Assembly (NCBI GenBank): GCA_963926405.1
Contig: CAWUXI010000019.1
Span: 3,316-67,315, forward strand
DNA: 64,000 bases
DNA from: an uncultured Flavobacteriales bacterium
Lineage (GTDB): Bacteria > Bacteroidota > Bacteroidia > Flavobacteriales_D > Parvicellaceae
Direction of reading: 5' to 3'
The position numbers were made by a program, and so were the translations under genes. Positions 35,278 to 45,613 of this stretch are shown here, piece after piece. The notes beneath the pieces were generated by a model. The model did not search any database. It was not told the origin of the DNA and saw only the letters and a program-made list of their open reading frames with translations. The first letter of the stretch is position 1. Every line of letters begins with the position of its first letter.

Positions 35278-36177
35278 ATGGCTTTAATACTTAAAACATT
35301 AACATCTTGTTTGTTAATTATTTCATTAACATTCAAATTAATACATCTTGAATATTTCGAGTTTTCATTGGTTGAAACAGGTATTTCTAACTGGTATTAT
35401 GCTGCCATCATAGCCAGAATTGTAATCATAGTAGAGTTTATAATAGCTACCTCTATCCTATTCCATTCTATAAAACCTAAAATACTTTCATCTTTACTTT
35501 TATTACTTTGTATATTCTATGGTTTTGATCTTTTTTTAAAACCAGAAGACGGCATGTTTTCATCCTATTTTTTACTCTCTTTCTACAATAAACCTATAGT
35601 TATAAGTACCTTGTCTTTGCTGCTTTTATCTTTGTACATCCATCTAAAACACACACCCCCCGCTGGTAAAAGAAAAAGATCTGTAATTATCAACATTAGT
35701 TTATTCCTTATTATTTCAATCTTAACCTTTTCAACGAATCCAATTTATATTGATGACTTTCAGAAAAATGAAACATCTGTAGAAAAGTCAAACTTGGATT
35801 GGAGTACCATCTATCAAAATTGTGAAGAAAAAAACATTATTCTTACCCCCGAAACAGAAGTGTTTTTTGCCTTTTTAAGTACCTCATGCTACTATTGTAA
35901 TAGTGCAGCAATTAGACTAGGCGTTTCAAAAAGAGCTAAATTAAACGCTACTCAAATTGTACTAGTTTTCCCGGGAAACATAAAAGATACCGAATATTTT
36001 ATTGAAAGAAACAGATGTGATTTCCCTTATATTCGCATTTCCAAAGATGAATTTAGAAAATTAGCAGGCAATGAGTTTCCAGCATTTTTCAAAGTTAAAA
36101 ACAAAAAGGAAACCAATTATTACACAGGAAGAACATTAAACCTAAGGGAGTTAGATAATTTGTTTCAACTAAACTAA
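35278..36177 (+). CDS. polytopic membrane protein with C-terminal thioredoxin-like CxxC domain
   Basis: 299 aa. The N-terminal ~150 aa has about 4-5 TM helices (MauE/DoxX-like by appearance). The C-terminal soluble part carries CYYC (FLSTSCYYCNSAA). Confidence 0.55.
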   Translation: MALILKTLTSCLLIISLTFKLIHLEYFEFSLVETGISNWYYAAIIARIVIIVEFIIATSILFHSIKPKILSSLLLLLCIFYGFDLFLKPEDGMFSSYFLLSFYNKPIVISTLSLLLLSLYIHLKHTPPAGKRKRSVIINISLFLIISILTFSTNPIYIDDFQKNETSVEKSNLDWSTIYQNCEEKNIILTPETEVFFAFLSTSCYYCNSAAIRLGVSKRAKLNATQIVLVFPGNIKDTEYFIERNRCDFPYIRISKDEFRKLAGNEFPAFFKVKNKKETNYYTGRTLNLRELDNLFQLN

Positions 36178-36617
36178 GGCTTGTAAAGCATTTCCATATG
36201 GGGTATATTGTCTTCTAAATACTCCTCTCCTGTTTCTACAAACCCAAATGATTTATAATATTTCAACAGATATATTTGAGCAGAGATTCGAACTGGAACC
36301 TCTCCAAAATGAAGCTTAACAAACTTCATAGACTGCTCCATTAACTGTTTGCCAATCCCCTTTCCTCTAACAGTTGGAGAAGTAACTACTCTGCCAATAG
36401 CAACCTCAACATAAGACTTTCCTGGTTTTAAAATACGAGCAGTAGCAACAATATTTCCTTCATACTCTTTAAACACATGCAATGCATCTTTATCCTTACC
36501 ATCCACATCTAAATATGGACAATTCTGCTCAACGACGAAAACAGTTTCACGCAATTGAATTATATCATGAAACTCATTTAGCGACAACTCTTTAAATGCT
36601 TTACAACTCCATTTCAT
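36174..36617 (-). CDS. GNAT-family N-acetyltransferase (ElaA-like)
   Basis: 147 aa from ATG 36617. Acetyl-CoA-binding motif RVVTSPTVRGKGIGKQLM. Confidence 0.85.
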   Translation of the reverse strand: MKWSCKAFKELSLNEFHDIIQLRETVFVVEQNCPYLDVDGKDKDALHVFKEYEGNIVATARILKPGKSYVEVAIGRVVTSPTVRGKGIGKQLMEQSMKFVKLHFGEVPVRISAQIYLLKYYKSFGFVETGEEYLEDNIPHMEMLYKP

Positions 36618-36672
36618 ATTCAACTTGGATTATTTTATTATAATTTAATGCAAAGTATTAACTTTATACCAA

Positions 36673-37707
36673 ATGAGTGACGAAAGTATCAATAAGAATT
36701 TTCAATTAAAAAAACGAGCGGAAATTTCGTTGGACAAATATGTTACTGGAATTTTATCTGGAGATATTTCTTTGTTAAGTGCTGCAATAACGCTTATTGA
36801 AAGTGCAAACCCAAAGCACAGAAAACTTGCAGAGCAAATAATTGAAAAATGCCTTCCGCACAGCGGAAAATCCATTCGCATAGGAATTACGGGTGTTCCA
36901 GGTGTTGGCAAAAGCACATTTATTGAGTCTTTTGGAACTTTCCTTACAACTCAAGACAGAAAATTAGCCGTTCTCGCTATCGATCCAAGTAGTCAAAAAA
37001 GTGGCGGTTCCATATTAGGTGACAAAACTAGAATGGAGGATTTGTCTACAAATAAAAATGCTTTTGTAAGGCCTTCACCATCAAAAGGTTCTTTGGGAGG
37101 TGTAGCAAGAAACACGCGTGAAACCATAATTTTATGCGAAGCTGCTGGATATAATACTATTCTAATTGAAACAGTTGGTGTTGGACAGTCTGAAATTGCG
37201 GTACATGGAATGGTAGATTTTTTCTTACTAATGATGCTCGCTGGTGCTGGAGACGAACTACAAGGCATAAAACGTGGCATTATGGAGATGGCAGACGCAG
37301 TTGTTATAACAAAAGCAGACGGTGAGAATATAGTCAATTCGAAAAGGGCTAAAACTGAATATAAAAATGCACTTCACCTTTTTCCGGCTTCTGAAAGTAA
37401 TTGGACACCAACAGTAAGCATATGCAGTGCATATGATAATTCTGGGATTGAGAATATTTGGAACACTATTCAATCCTACCAGAACCAAACAACTATTAAT
37501 GGTTACTTTGATCATAAAAGAAAAAACCAATCAAAATATTGGATGTATGAAACTATCAATGAAGAACTAAAAAGAACCTTCTTCAATAATCCTGAAATAT
37601 CTAAAGAGATAATAAAATTAGAGCAAGAGGTTACTGACGGTTCAATAAGTCCATTTAAAGCAGCTCATTTATTATTGGCTAAAACTTTAAAAGATGAGTT
37701 TGATTAA
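36673..37707 (+). CDS. meaB: methylmalonyl-CoA mutase-associated GTPase MeaB/ArgK
   Basis: 344 aa. P-loop GITGVPGVGKST and G-domain motifs (ETVGVGQSE, TKADG). Confidence 0.9.
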   Translation: MSDESINKNFQLKKRAEISLDKYVTGILSGDISLLSAAITLIESANPKHRKLAEQIIEKCLPHSGKSIRIGITGVPGVGKSTFIESFGTFLTTQDRKLAVLAIDPSSQKSGGSILGDKTRMEDLSTNKNAFVRPSPSKGSLGGVARNTRETIILCEAAGYNTILIETVGVGQSEIAVHGMVDFFLLMMLAGAGDELQGIKRGIMEMADAVVITKADGENIVNSKRAKTEYKNALHLFPASESNWTPTVSICSAYDNSGIENIWNTIQSYQNQTTINGYFDHKRKNQSKYWMYETINEELKRTFFNNPEISKEIIKLEQEVTDGSISPFKAAHLLLAKTLKDEFD

Positions 37708-38029
37708 AAGATACAACAACCATACTGTAAAAGAACTGATTATTATTCTTGATTCTGGCGATGACTATACAGAAGAAGCAAAAGAAGCTATTCGAACTAT
37801 TTTAGAGTTTAAAAATACTTCTGATAGAGAAGTGAGTGAAATAGCATTCGAATATTGGGAACAAAAAATAAACGATAATATAAAGTCAATTCTACTTAAT
37901 AATAAAAAGCCAGTAAGTCAAATTATATCCGAAGATGAAATGAAAGGAATTTTGGTTGCTGCATTTGAGAAATACAGGGAAACGCAACAACTTTTTGAGA
38001 TAGATACGACCAAATATTGGTTTGTATAA
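37694..38029 (+). CDS. hypothetical protein
   Basis: 111 aa. It overlaps the end of meaB by 14 nt. I recognise no motif. Confidence 0.45.
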   Translation: MSLIKRYNNHTVKELIIILDSGDDYTEEAKEAIRTILEFKNTSDREVSEIAFEYWEQKINDNIKSILLNNKKPVSQIISEDEMKGILVAAFEKYRETQQLFEIDTTKYWFV

Positions 38030-38030
38030 C

Positions 38031-38070
38031 AAAAAAGCTCCCTACCTTTCGATAGAGAGCTTTAAATTTT
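38031..38070. terminator. bidirectional terminator between convergent genes
   Basis: AAAGCTC-C-CTA (38034-38044) pairs with TAG-A-GAGCTTT (38053-38063). An A-run lies on the left and T-rich sequence on the right. Confidence 0.55.
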
Positions 38071-38081
38071 AAATTAATTTC

Positions 38082-39431
<1,350 letters not shown>

Positions 39432-39468
39432 TTAAGTTGTTTATTTAATTATTAAAATATAGGTTGAG

Positions 39469-39476
39469 CAAATGTA
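39469..39476 (-). promoter_or_regulatory. -7 promoter box TACATTTG for gdhA
   Basis: Perfect TAnnTTTG on the minus strand, 37 nt upstream of ATG 39431. Three T7-T8 tracts (39480-86, 39510-17, 39522-29) lie further upstream. Confidence 0.55.
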
Positions 39477-39540
39477 TTCTTTTTTTAAATTTAGCATAAA
39501 ATTTCTTGATTTTTTTTGATATTTTTTTTCAATTGAATTA

Positions 39541-40221
39541 CTAAGCTAAGGTAAGCATCTCATCCCAAAGGGGATCAGAAGGTGGATTAGCTGTAATCGT
39601 TACTGGCTTATCCTGAATCGGATGGATAAAACTAATACTTCGAGCATGTAAATGAATGGAACCATCTTTATTGGTTCTTTTCCCTCCATACTTAACATCT
39701 CCTTTAATAATACAACCTGCCGTGCTTAATTGAACTCTAATCTGATGATGACGTCCAGTTTTTGGATCAACCACTAAATAATAATAGTTTTTACTTCTTC
39801 CTAAAAGCTTGTAATCCAATTCCGCGCGCTTACTCCCCTTTACTTCTTTATCGTATCCACGAGATTTATTTTTCTCTTGGCTCTTCTTTAAGTAATGAAT
39901 CAATGTTTGCTCGATTTCTGGTGGTTTTGACTCTACAATTGCCCAGTATGTTTTCTGAATTTGTTTGTCCTGAAAAAGCTTATTCATTCGAACCAATGCT
40001 TTACTTGTCCTAGCAAAAATAATAACTCCTCCAACAGGTCTATCTAATCGGTGAATAATCCCTAAATACACCTCTCCTGGCTTATTGAACTTCTTCTTTA
40101 TATATGCTTTTACTTTATCCGCTAAAGTCTCATCTTCCGTTTTATCGGCTTGCACCAAATCTCCCGCTACTTTTAGCACGGCAATGATGTGATTGTCTTC
40201 GTATAGTACTTTTAAACTCAT
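39541..40221 (-). CDS. RluA-family pseudouridine synthase
   Basis: 226 aa. Catalytic motif HRLDRPVGG. Confidence 0.9.
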   Translation of the reverse strand: MSLKVLYEDNHIIAVLKVAGDLVQADKTEDETLADKVKAYIKKKFNKPGEVYLGIIHRLDRPVGGVIIFARTSKALVRMNKLFQDKQIQKTYWAIVESKPPEIEQTLIHYLKKSQEKNKSRGYDKEVKGSKRAELDYKLLGRSKNYYYLVVDPKTGRHHQIRVQLSTAGCIIKGDVKYGGKRTNKDGSIHLHARSISFIHPIQDKPVTITANPPSDPLWDEMLTLA

Positions 40222-40227
40222 TCATTA

Positions 40228-40300
40228 TATGTATAAAGTATAATTGTATTAAGTATTAAGTTGTTTTGAGTCTACTTAATACTTAATACATCATACAATT
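40228..40300. repeat. palindromic intergenic element, copy B
   Basis: GTATTAAGTATTAAGT (40246-40261) pairs perfectly with ACTTAATACTTAATAC (40274-40289), with a 12-nt loop. It is flanked by GTATAAAGTA (40231-40240), AATTGTAT (40242-40249) and ATACAATT (40293-40300). Confidence 0.8.
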
Positions 40301-40303
40301 AAA

Positions 40304-41119
40304 TCAATACTGCTCCTTTTCATTAGGAAAATCTCCGCTCTTAACATCGCTAATATAATTTTTAAAAGCACCTTTCATTTCTTCATATAAATTATGATAC
40401 CTTCTTAAAAATCGCGGTGAAAATTCCTGAGTAATTCCTAACATATCATGCACCACTAATACTTGTCCATCAATGTTACCTCCAGCTCCTATTCCAATAA
40501 CCGGAATAGTAACTTCTTTGGCTACTTTTGCGGCTAATTCAGCTGGAACTTTTTCTAAAATTAAGGCGAAACAACCTGCCTCTTCTAGAATTTTAGCATC
40601 TTCGATTAAAACCTCTGCCTCATCCTCTGCTTTTGCACGAACGGTGTATGTACCAAATTTATATATGGATTGTGGAGTTAGTCCTAAATGACCCATTACT
40701 GGTATTCCTGCAGATAAAATTCTATCAACCGATTCTTTAATTTCACGACCACCTTCCAACTTAACAGCGTGTGCTTCGGCTTCTTTCATAATTCGAACAG
40801 CAGAACGAAGAGCCTCCTTTGAATCTCCTTGGTACGTTCCAAATGGTAAATCAACAACTACTAGCGCCCTGTTTACAGCTCTAATTACAGAAGCTGCATG
40901 GTAAATCATTTGATCTAGGGTTATAGGAAGTGTAGTTTCATGTCCAGCCATTACATTTGAGGCAGAATCTCCGACCAAAATTATATCCATCCCGGATTGG
41001 TCTACAATACTTGCCATAGAATAATCATAGGCAGTTAGCATTGATATTTTCTCTCCACGATGCTTCATTTCTTGCAACACGTGGGTGGTTACTCTTTTCA
41101 CTTGTTTATGAACAGACAT
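40304..41119 (-). CDS. panB: 3-methyl-2-oxobutanoate hydroxymethyltransferase
   Basis: 271 aa. Family pattern MLTAYDY...ILVGDS...VVDLPFG...VKLEGG. Confidence 0.95.
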   Translation of the reverse strand: MSVHKQVKRVTTHVLQEMKHRGEKISMLTAYDYSMASIVDQSGMDIILVGDSASNVMAGHETTLPITLDQMIYHAASVIRAVNRALVVVDLPFGTYQGDSKEALRSAVRIMKEAEAHAVKLEGGREIKESVDRILSAGIPVMGHLGLTPQSIYKFGTYTVRAKAEDEAEVLIEDAKILEEAGCFALILEKVPAELAAKVAKEVTIPVIGIGAGGNIDGQVLVVHDMLGITQEFSPRFLRRYHNLYEEMKGAFKNYISDVKSGDFPNEKEQY

Positions 41120-41141
41120 TTTCTGAGTTTTAAATATGCCG

Positions 41142-41149
41142 CAAAAGTA
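41142..41149 (-). promoter_or_regulatory. -7 promoter box TACTTTTG for panB
   Basis: Perfect TAnnTTTG on the minus strand, 22 nt upstream of ATG 41119. Confidence 0.5.
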
Positions 41150-41387
41150 AACTAAATTGTATTTGCGACTATCGTTTTAGGGATATAAAACAACATGCTT
41201 CTCTCCTTTTTAAAGAACTTAAAATATTAGCCACAACAATTGAAATTACATTGTTTGCTGTGAAATTTGCAGCAGATGCCGTAAAAGAGTTTACATAACG
41301 CTTTTTAAAACTGATATCTCTATAGATATTGCTTATTCCATTAATCAAAAGGTGAATTTCCCAAAGATTTTAAAGTACTTTTATTAC

Positions 41388-41408
41388 GTCCTGTAAAAGG
41401 ACTTTTTT
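41388..41408 (+). terminator. orphan terminator-like hairpin in a gene-free region
   Basis: GTCCT (41388-41392) pairs with AGGAC (41398-41402). The loop is 5 nt and is followed by T6 (41403-41408). No plus-strand gene lies upstream of it. Confidence 0.35.
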
Positions 41409-41531
41409 GGTTCTCCTAATTTACACTTGTTTTAACTGAACAACCTTTTACATTGAATGAAAAAGTTACAACGAAATCTATCTATTCCTTTATTATCTAG
41501 CAAAATTATTCTTTTTTTGTAGGATCTTAAG

Positions 41532-42161
41532 ATGATTACTCAATTTGCAAATAAGAAAATGGAACGCATACAATTACTTTTAGGCGTTGTCCTGTTTTGT
41601 ATTTTTATTTCTTATAGCTTAAACCAGGCTTACCCAATATATTCTGCTTACATAATAATCGCCATTCTAATTCAAGCCGTTGCAGTTTTAATTCTAATGC
41701 GGCAAATGATGCAAAACAAAACATCTGTAAAGCCTTATTTCGGATGGAAAGCAAACAAATACAGTTCACTCCAGTTTAACTATTCACTTAAAATAATAGG
41801 CTTTTTATTACTAAGTGGATTAACTGCTTTACACTTTTATATCGACTACAAATACAACGGGAGCATAATGCCGCTAATTTATGACTATGGTATTGGGGGC
41901 ATTCTTGCGCTTGCTTTAAAATTTATCGTATTAGAACGAAAATGGAACGTTGGCTTGGCTGATAAGGGCATTATTTTTGGTTCTAAATTTGACACTAAAC
42001 TAATAATATGGGAGGATATAACTAAATATGATATTGACAAAAACAACAATGAAATTATTATTACATGTAAGTCCAATCAACCTATAAAAACTATTAAATT
42101 ACAGGTAGGAAAGCAACTGAAAAATTCTATATTAATTCTCGAACAAGCCGTTTCAAAATGA
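41532..42161 (+). CDS. hypothetical membrane protein, tandem paralog 1
   Basis: 209 aa with about 4 TM helices. The ~75-aa soluble C-terminal domain (VGLADKGIIFGSKFDTKLIIWEDITKYDID...) is similar to that of the next gene. Confidence 0.55.
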   Translation: MITQFANKKMERIQLLLGVVLFCIFISYSLNQAYPIYSAYIIIAILIQAVAVLILMRQMMQNKTSVKPYFGWKANKYSSLQFNYSLKIIGFLLLSGLTALHFYIDYKYNGSIMPLIYDYGIGGILALALKFIVLERKWNVGLADKGIIFGSKFDTKLIIWEDITKYDIDKNNNEIIITCKSNQPIKTIKLQVGKQLKNSILILEQAVSK

Positions 42162-42862
42162 TTGCTGAGCAAGTCACTAAAAATAAAAATACGGTTACTA
42201 TTGTTGCTTTTGTATTCGTTTGCATCTTCCTTAATATAGAACACATTGCTTCTATTGCCCATTTCTCCTTGCCCGAAATCATCAGAAACTATGCACATTT
42301 CTTCCCTCTTATATTTGTTGCTGTTGTTTTTCTGCAAAAGAAATCGCCCCAAATAGAAATCGATGATGCAGAACTATGGGAAGTAAAAAGAAAGAAAGCT
42401 CTTCAAGTAAATAATACAAAGTCAATTCTTAGGTATATAATGGTAGCTGGTGTTGGGTTTATTTTTCTTTTAAGCAACATTTATGATTCGAAACAGGGTT
42501 TCTCAGGCTATAATAAAACCATACTTTTTTTCCTTGCTTTAATGATCGCAATTAGTCTAATTTATAATTATCTCAAAGCAGGCTTTCTAGTTGGATATTG
42601 CAGCAAAGGTGTTTTATACGGATACCCCTCTAAAATAATGCTAATTACCTGGGATTATCTAGCTGATTTTGAAATAAACGAAGAGTCTAAAACGATAAAA
42701 GTTTATTGTAAACACAATTTATCTCTTCAAAAGATAATGCTGAAGAATGATGAACATTATGACGCAATAAAAAATCTTGTAACCGAGAATTTAACCTATA
42801 AAAATGTTGCAAATTTATTGCAGGAGACTAACTACCAAGCTCCAAATTCGCAGCCTAAATGA
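42158..42862 (+). CDS. hypothetical membrane protein, tandem paralog 2
   Basis: 234 aa with an ATGA overlap with paralog 1. The architecture is the same, with C-terminal VGYCSKGVLYGYPSKIMLITWDYLADFEIN.... Confidence 0.55.
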   Translation: MIAEQVTKNKNTVTIVAFVFVCIFLNIEHIASIAHFSLPEIIRNYAHFFPLIFVAVVFLQKKSPQIEIDDAELWEVKRKKALQVNNTKSILRYIMVAGVGFIFLLSNIYDSKQGFSGYNKTILFFLALMIAISLIYNYLKAGFLVGYCSKGVLYGYPSKIMLITWDYLADFEINEESKTIKVYCKHNLSLQKIMLKNDEHYDAIKNLVTENLTYKNVANLLQETNYQAPNSQPK

Positions 42863-45474
42863 TACATATCTGCTGCTTTTTTATCGCCCATCAGTTTGGC
42901 GATTTCGAAATTCTTGCAAGCTTCATCAACATCTCCTAAGCCTTCATAACAGACACCTCTGTTATAATAGGCTTTATAAAAAGTATAATCCATTTGAATT
43001 ACTGTATCAAAATCTTTAATTGCTTCCTCGTATTTACCCAAATCAGCATAAACCAAGCCTCTTACAAAATAACCTTCTAAATTATTCTTATCCATCTTTA
43101 GAGATGCTTGTACATCAGCCATAGCTTCTCTCTGTCTTCCATTTTTCGCGAAAAATGCACCTCTCATATTTAACGCAGAAGTGTTTTTTGGGTGCAATTC
43201 AATCGCTTTGTTCATATCCTCAATAGCCTTATCATTTTCCCCTAAGTTTAAATAAATTTCAGCTCTACCTAAAAGTGCATACAAATCAGATGGTACATCT
43301 CTTAATCTATTAGTATATTGATTTAAATGCTTTTTAACATCTGATTGCTCTTGATTTACCCGCCATTCTGCATCTACTAAAGTCATTTCATCAACCAAGT
43401 GTTTAGCTCCAGCATATTTGTCTATTACCCAAAGTACATATTTAATATCTACCATGATATTTCGACAAATCTCTCCATCAAACATTACATCGCTCATTGT
43501 ACTTTCCCAACTTCTGTCAAAATTGATTCCAACAAGATGCCCCTCAGCATTAATTACGGGACTACCCGAATTACCTCCTGTTGTATGATTAGAACCTAAA
43601 AAACAGATCCTTAAATCACCATTGGTAGCATACGGGCCATAATCTTTCTTTTCCCATAAATCTCTCATTACAAGCGGGATTTCAAAATCGGGATTTCCTG
43701 TATTGTTCTTTTCAATAATCCCATCTAATGTTGTATACCATGTATAAGCTATCCCGTCTCTAGGAAAAGTACCCTCTACTTTTCCATAAGTCAATCGAAG
43801 TGTACTATTAGCATCAGCCCAAAATGTTTTTTCAGGAAAATACTCTAGTTGCGCTTTTACAAACTTCTTCATTAAAGCATCAATTTCAACAGAGTGCTTG
43901 AAATATTCAGGCTTAATATTCATTTCATTATTCTCCATTATTGCTTTAGCGAGTAAATAAGCAGGATCTTGTGCTAATTTCTTTTTCATCTTCGCTTCGC
44001 TTAAGCTTAAGAACTTTTCAACCTTTTCCTTAGAAGTGAAATTCGAATTTTTGTATAAATAATCGGCATAAGTATTATAATCATTCGCAAACTTAGAGTT
44101 GACTTTTGGCTTCAAATTATCGGGTAAAAACGCAATGTACATCTCAACCAATTGGGCAAATATCTTTTTATCTATCTCTGTGTTATAATTTTTAAAATAT
44201 GATTCAATGTTTGCTTTTTTATCCGCTACTAAAGTTGAAAATTCAGGCCCTTCTAATTTGTCAAATCCGTGTGAAAAACGAATTATTTCAGGCCCATAAT
44301 ACCATATTTCCCAAAATAGATTGTTAGCTACTTCAGAACTTTCGATATCAATTTGTTTTTGCTTTAGGTCGGCTAATACATTTTTATATGGACCATCTTT
44401 GGGTACTCTTTTTGTATACTCCAATTCAAGCGCCTGTTTTTTGCCAACAGCATCCTTTTTTTTCAATCCTAAATTCTGACCAATCCATTTTTTGTATGCA
44501 TTACTAATTCTAGATTGTTTTGAAGCATATTGAATTTTGATGTTCTCATCTGCTGCCATCGCAGCATCAATTATTTTTAAACTTTGCTCACGCATTGCTA
44601 TGCGCTTAGGATTAATTTCATTAACATAAGTGTCAAGCGCAAAGGATGTTAAATATTGCTGTGTTCTACCCGGAAAACCGAATACCATTGTAAAATCATT
44701 TTCGTTAACTCCTTCCATTGACACAGGTAAATGTTTTTTAGGAGAATACGGTATGTTATCATCTGAAATTTCTGCTGGTTTATTATCTTTTCCTGCATAA
44801 ATTCTAAACACGGAAAAATCTCCTGTATGTCTCGGCCAAACCCAATTATCTGTATCACCTCCAAATTTTCCAATTGCACTTGGAGGTGCACCAACTAAAC
44901 GAACATCATTATACGTTTCAGTAACAATCATATAGTAGTCATTTCCATAATTAAACGGCTTAACTACCGCTTCATAACCCGTTCCTTCAGTTGTCTCTTT
45001 ACCAATTCTCAAACCTGTTTCATACCGCATTTTATAGGCCGTTTGAGCATCCATATCATTTGTAATCCCAAAGCTTACTCTCTCTGTAACATCTTCAATT
45101 CGAACAATAAATGTAGCCGTTAATCCTGGATTTCTTAATTCCTCTGCAGAAGACATTGCCCAGAAACCATCTCTTAAATAATTATTTTCTAATGAACTGT
45201 GTTGTTGAATTTGACTAAATCCACAGTGGTGATTTGTAAGGATTAATCCATTTTTAGAAACAACCTCTGCCGTGCAACCTCCACCAAAATGAACTATCGC
45301 GTCTTTCAAACTCGATTGATTGATTGAATAAATATCTTCGGCAGTCAATTTCATTCCTTGCGCTTGCATATCATTTTCCAAGGCTTTCAGTAAAGAAGGA
45401 ATCCACATTCCTTCGTGAGCAAGGCTATTTAATGAGAATGTCAAGGCTGTTATAATGAATAATAACTTTTTCAT
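42832..45474 (-). CDS. S46-family (DPP7/DPP11-like) serine dipeptidyl-peptidase with C-terminal TPR extension
   Basis: 880 aa with a signal peptide. S46 landmarks are HEGMWIP near the N-terminus, LTNHHCG (His) and TTGGNSGSPV (Ser). The last ~150 aa (about 42835-43290) form TPR-like repeats. Confidence 0.85.
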   Translation of the reverse strand: MKKLLFIITALTFSLNSLAHEGMWIPSLLKALENDMQAQGMKLTAEDIYSINQSSLKDAIVHFGGGCTAEVVSKNGLILTNHHCGFSQIQQHSSLENNYLRDGFWAMSSAEELRNPGLTATFIVRIEDVTERVSFGITNDMDAQTAYKMRYETGLRIGKETTEGTGYEAVVKPFNYGNDYYMIVTETYNDVRLVGAPPSAIGKFGGDTDNWVWPRHTGDFSVFRIYAGKDNKPAEISDDNIPYSPKKHLPVSMEGVNENDFTMVFGFPGRTQQYLTSFALDTYVNEINPKRIAMREQSLKIIDAAMAADENIKIQYASKQSRISNAYKKWIGQNLGLKKKDAVGKKQALELEYTKRVPKDGPYKNVLADLKQKQIDIESSEVANNLFWEIWYYGPEIIRFSHGFDKLEGPEFSTLVADKKANIESYFKNYNTEIDKKIFAQLVEMYIAFLPDNLKPKVNSKFANDYNTYADYLYKNSNFTSKEKVEKFLSLSEAKMKKKLAQDPAYLLAKAIMENNEMNIKPEYFKHSVEIDALMKKFVKAQLEYFPEKTFWADANSTLRLTYGKVEGTFPRDGIAYTWYTTLDGIIEKNNTGNPDFEIPLVMRDLWEKKDYGPYATNGDLRICFLGSNHTTGGNSGSPVINAEGHLVGINFDRSWESTMSDVMFDGEICRNIMVDIKYVLWVIDKYAGAKHLVDEMTLVDAEWRVNQEQSDVKKHLNQYTNRLRDVPSDLYALLGRAEIYLNLGENDKAIEDMNKAIELHPKNTSALNMRGAFFAKNGRQREAMADVQASLKMDKNNLEGYFVRGLVYADLGKYEEAIKDFDTVIQMDYTFYKAYYNRGVCYEGLGDVDEACKNFEIAKLMGDKKAADMYHLGCEFGAW

Positions 45475-45578
45475 TTTTAGTATTTTTATTATAAAAATTT
45501 TTAAATTTTAATTATGCGAAGGTACCTATTGGATTTGAATTATATGACTATTAGCGATACCTTTTTATAAAATTGATT

Positions 45579-45607
45579 TTTGCTTTCGTTTTTTAAAAGT
45601 ATTTTTG
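45579..45607 (+). promoter_or_regulatory. promoter, leaderless type
   Basis: TTTG (45579-45582), then N17, then TATTTTTG (45600-45607). ATG 45614 is 6 nt downstream. The TTG at 45605 used by the ORF track lies inside the box. Confidence 0.6.
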
Positions 45608-45613
45608 CGCCTC

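Noticed and set aside
39480-39529. Three T7-T8 tracts between the rluA-family gene and gdhA, considered as a phase-variable homopolymer or slippage site.
   Set aside because: They are intergenic and lie upstream of the gdhA -7 box. They are more simply read as AT-tract (UP-element-like or curved) promoter DNA or as the 3' U-rich region of the upstream gene. No coding frame depends on their length.
41457-41522. 21-codon ORF (MKKLQRNLSIPLLSSKIILFL) just upstream of the first paralog gene, considered as a possible leader peptide.
   Set aside because: It is too short and generic to support. There are no regulatory codon runs and no associated alternative hairpins that I could identify.
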